The notes under the pieces: model-generated | The model's input: the letters and a program-made list of their open reading frames with translations, nothing else | Told to the model about the DNA's origin: nothing | Database searches by the model: none | From: an uncultured Actinomycetes bacterium | GTDB lineage: Bacteria; Actinomycetota; Thermoleophilia; RBG-16-64-13 | Length of the DNA: 64,000 nucleotides | NCBI GenBank assembly: GCA_963706025.1 | Contig: CAVPLM010000003.1 | Location: 384,001-448,000 of the forward strand | Direction: 5' to 3' | In this document: piece after piece, positions 61,361-64,000 of the stretch | Layout: each line of letters starts with the position of its first letter | Position numbering within the stretch: the first letter of the stretch is position 1 | Translations under genes and position numbers: made by a program

Positions 61361-62329
61361 GCCGGCAAGACCACATCCGCGAGTTCGCCGCCGCTGCGCT
61401 GCGGCGACGGCCGAGTGGACTACTTCATCGGCTGGAAGCAGGGCCACAACTCGTCCGAGGTCATCCCGGCCTTCGTGAAAGACCCGGCCGAGGTCGACCA
61501 GCTCGTCTGGAACCCGCTCTGCCACCACAACCTGGTGACCTTCCTCAAGCGCAACATGCCCGACCCGGCCGGCGCCAAGATCGGCGTCTGCGTCAAGGGC
61601 TGCGACAGCCGCACCCTGGTGGCGCTGCTCCAGGAAGAGCTGGTCGACAAGGACAAGCTCTACGTGGTGGGCGTGCCCTGCGACGGCATCGTCGACCGGC
61701 GCAAGCTGGAGAAGGAGTTCGCCGACGAGATCGTCGACATCGCCTTCTCCGGAACGGCAAGGTGGCCGTCACCACCCGGCAAGGGAGCGGGAAAGAATTC
61801 GCCAAAGACGCGGTGCTGCTCGATGTCTGCGGCCGCTGCCGCTACCCCAACCCCGTCTACGCGGACGACACCGCCGGTCCGCTGGTAGACGGAGCCCGAT
61901 CGCAAGCACGCGGAGCCCGACTGGAGCGACATCGCCGACTACGAGAACCTCTCCGACGACGACAAGCAGGCCCTGCTGGAGCAGATCTACTCGACCTGCG
62001 TCCGCTGCTTCGCCTGCATCAACGTGTGCCCGGTGTGCTTCTGCTGGGACAAGTGCGTGAACCGCTCGCGCCAGCCCGAGCTGGTGAGCCAGAAGGTAGG
62101 GCCCAAGGAGAACCTGCTGTTCCAGATGGTGCACATGTTCCACGTGGCCGGCCGCTGCCCGTCGTGCGGCGCCTGCGACCGGGCCTGCCCGGTGGAGATC
62201 CCGCTCTACCTGCTGCACCGGAAGATGAACAAGGAGATCTACGACATGTTCGGATTCGAGCCGGGCACCAAGCTCGACGAGAAGCCGGTGTTCCAGGTGT
62301 TCGACCTCACCGACCAATTCGGCGACTGA
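61357..62329 (+). CDS. flxC: FlxC Fe-S subunit (frameshifted)
   Basis: KGCDSR, GVPCDG, CxxCRYPNP, CVRCFACINVCPVCFCWDKC, HVAGRCPSCGACDRACP. Confidence 0.85.
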
Positions 62330-62340
62330 AAGGAGGGACG

Positions 62341-63495
62341 ATGGCGATCAAGTACTTGAGCGCAGATCAGCTGCCGGCCTTCCTGGGCTCTCTGGCCGAG
62401 AAGGCGCGCGTGGTGGCGCCGATCAAGACCGACGGCGTGGTGCAGTTCCAGCCCTGGGCGGCGGGCAAGGACGTGGAGCTCGACGTCCTGCTGGCCAAGC
62501 AGTCGCCCAAGGAGTACGTGTTCCTGCAGACCGAGACCTTTCTGAAGTTCGGGTACAGCATGGCCGCCGCCGCGGAGGACGCCGAGGGTGAAGCGGAGAA
62601 GGTTCCGAACCGGCGATCCCCTACGAGACGGTGGACGTCGAGGCTCTGAACGAGGCTCCGGCCCAGGTGATCTTCGGCCTGCGCCCCTGCGACGCCCGCG
62701 GCTTCGTGCAGATGGACAACGTGTTCGGCGGCTACGGCGGCTTCTACTTCGATCCGCTGTACAACGCGCGGCGCGAGGCGACCACCCTGCTGGCCGTCAC
62801 CTGCCGCGACCCCCGGTCCACCTGCTTCTGCACGGCCATCGGCGGCTGCCCGGCCGGCCACGAGGGCGTCGACGCGCTCTTCACCCAGGTGGAGGGCGGC
62901 TTCGCGGTCGAGGCCTTCACCGAGAAGGGCGAGGCGGCGACTCGCGTTCGCCGGCCTTGGCGACGCCAGCGACGCCCAAGCGAGCGAAGCGGCCGAGGTG
63001 AAGCTGCAGGCCACCGGGAAGGTGGACGTGCCCTTCGCCCTCGAAGGCATCCGCGACAACCTGCACGACAACATCGGGGGCGAGGGCTGGCACGACCTGT
63101 GCATGCGCTGCATCTCCTGCGGCACCTGCACCTACGTGTGTCCCAACTGCTACTGCTTCTCCATCAACGACGAGCTGGTGGAGAGCACCGGCGAGCGCTA
63201 CCGCGTCTGGGACAACTGCTTCAATCCCCTCTACACCGAGGAGACCTCGGGCCACAACCCGCGGGCGGCCAAGTCCAACCGGTTCCGCAACCGCTTCAGC
63301 CACAAGTTCTGGTACTACCCCGACAAGTACGACAGCCTGCTCTGCTCCGGCTGCGGCCGCTGCATCATGCACTGCCCGACGCGCATCGACATCCGCGAGG
63401 TGCTGCGGGTGATGGGGACGCCGGTCGGGACGGCTGCCGGCCCAGGCGATCGCCGCGCGCCGCGCCGCGGAGTGCCGGCCGCCGGTAGCGCCTAG
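62341..63495 (+). CDS. flxB: FlxB (AsrA-like) Fe-S subunit (frameshifted; true stop may be 63530)
   Basis: SPKEYVF, FGLRPCDA, TCFC, CISCGTCTYVCPNCYCF, RFRNRFSHKF, CSGCGRCIMHCP. Confidence 0.87.
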
Positions 63496-63530
63496 CCGCG
63501 CCCGCCTCGGCCGACGGGAAGGAGGCGTAG

Positions 63531-64000
63531 ATGGCTGACAACGGCAAGACCCGCCTCACCGCGGCCGACGTGGTCGCCGGCGCCAGCACGGCCCGCGCGG
63601 GCAAGCTGGGCGGCAACCCCTACCTGCCCGAGATCGCGACCGTCGATCGAGATCATCCAGGAGACCCCCAACATCAAGACCTTCCGCCTGCGGTTCGACG
63701 ACCCCGCCGTGCAGGAGAGCTTCAGCTTCCTGCCCGGCCAGGTGGGCCAGCTGGGCATCTTCGGCGTGGGCGAGTCGACCTTCGCCATCACCTCCAAGCC
63801 CTCCGAGAAGGAGTTCATCCAGTTCTCGGTCATGAAGGCCGGCGAGGTCACCAAGGCCATCCACAACCTCTCCGAAGGCGACAAGGTGGGCATCCGCGCC
63901 CCCATGGGCTGCGGCTTCCCGGTGGAGGCCTGGAAGGGCAAGAAGATCCTCTACGTCATGGGCGGCATCGGCTCGGCCGCGCTCAAGGCCACCATCGAGT
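63531..64000 (+). CDS. flxA: FlxA FAD/NAD-binding subunit (partial; frameshift near 63645)
   Basis: NPYLPE...ETPNIKTFRL, FLPGQ, FGVGESTF, IRAPMGCGFP, GGIG. GGAGG RBS; runs off the window end. Confidence 0.87.
   Translation, partial: MADNGKTRLTAADVVAGASTARAGKLGGNPYLPEIATVDRDHPGDPQHQDLPPAVRRPRRAGELQLPARPGGPAGHLRRGRVDLRHHLQALREGVHPVLGHEGRRGHQGHPQPLRRRQGGHPRPHGLRLPGGGLEGQEDPLRHGRHRLGRAQGHHR

Overview
High-GC DNA, probably from an anaerobic actinobacterium (HspR-type heat-shock operon, futalosine menaquinone genes, a leaderless-type promoter; the taxonomy is inference). Layout: (1) 0.2-10 kb: dnaK-hsp20-grpE-dnaJ-hspR, surE, a HAD phosphatase and ligA. (2) 11-18 kb: tungstate ABC transporter tupABC and pterin-cofactor genes. 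(3) 18-28 kb: a GGDEF protein, a GT4 glycosyltransferase, rex and the futalosine (mqn) operon. (4) 27.8-54.6 kb: a ~27-kb catabolic island. (5) 57-64 kb: an hdrCBA-flxDCBA electron-bifurcating cluster, cut off at the window end. The island is the main finding. It is anchored by two proteins I recognise as the vitamin B6-degradation enzymes 4-pyridoxolactonase and pyridoxamine-pyruvate aminotransferase, but it lacks the O2-dependent flavoenzymes of the known aerobic route. Instead it encodes two alcohol dehydrogenases, two tungsten-type aldehyde:ferredoxin oxidoreductases, a UbiD decarboxylase, a PreA-like flavin/Fe-S reductase and a xanthine-dehydrogenase-family Mo enzyme with selenium maturation genes. 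It also carries an amidohydrolase, a BMP-type ABC importer and a GntR regulator. This is a candidate O2-independent vitamin B6 degradation pathway. Many genes have single-base frameshifts, densest after 57.7 kb, that look like sequencing errors. No rRNA, tRNA, CRISPR array or transposase was seen. Family calls come from motifs and recalled sequences; no database search was run.
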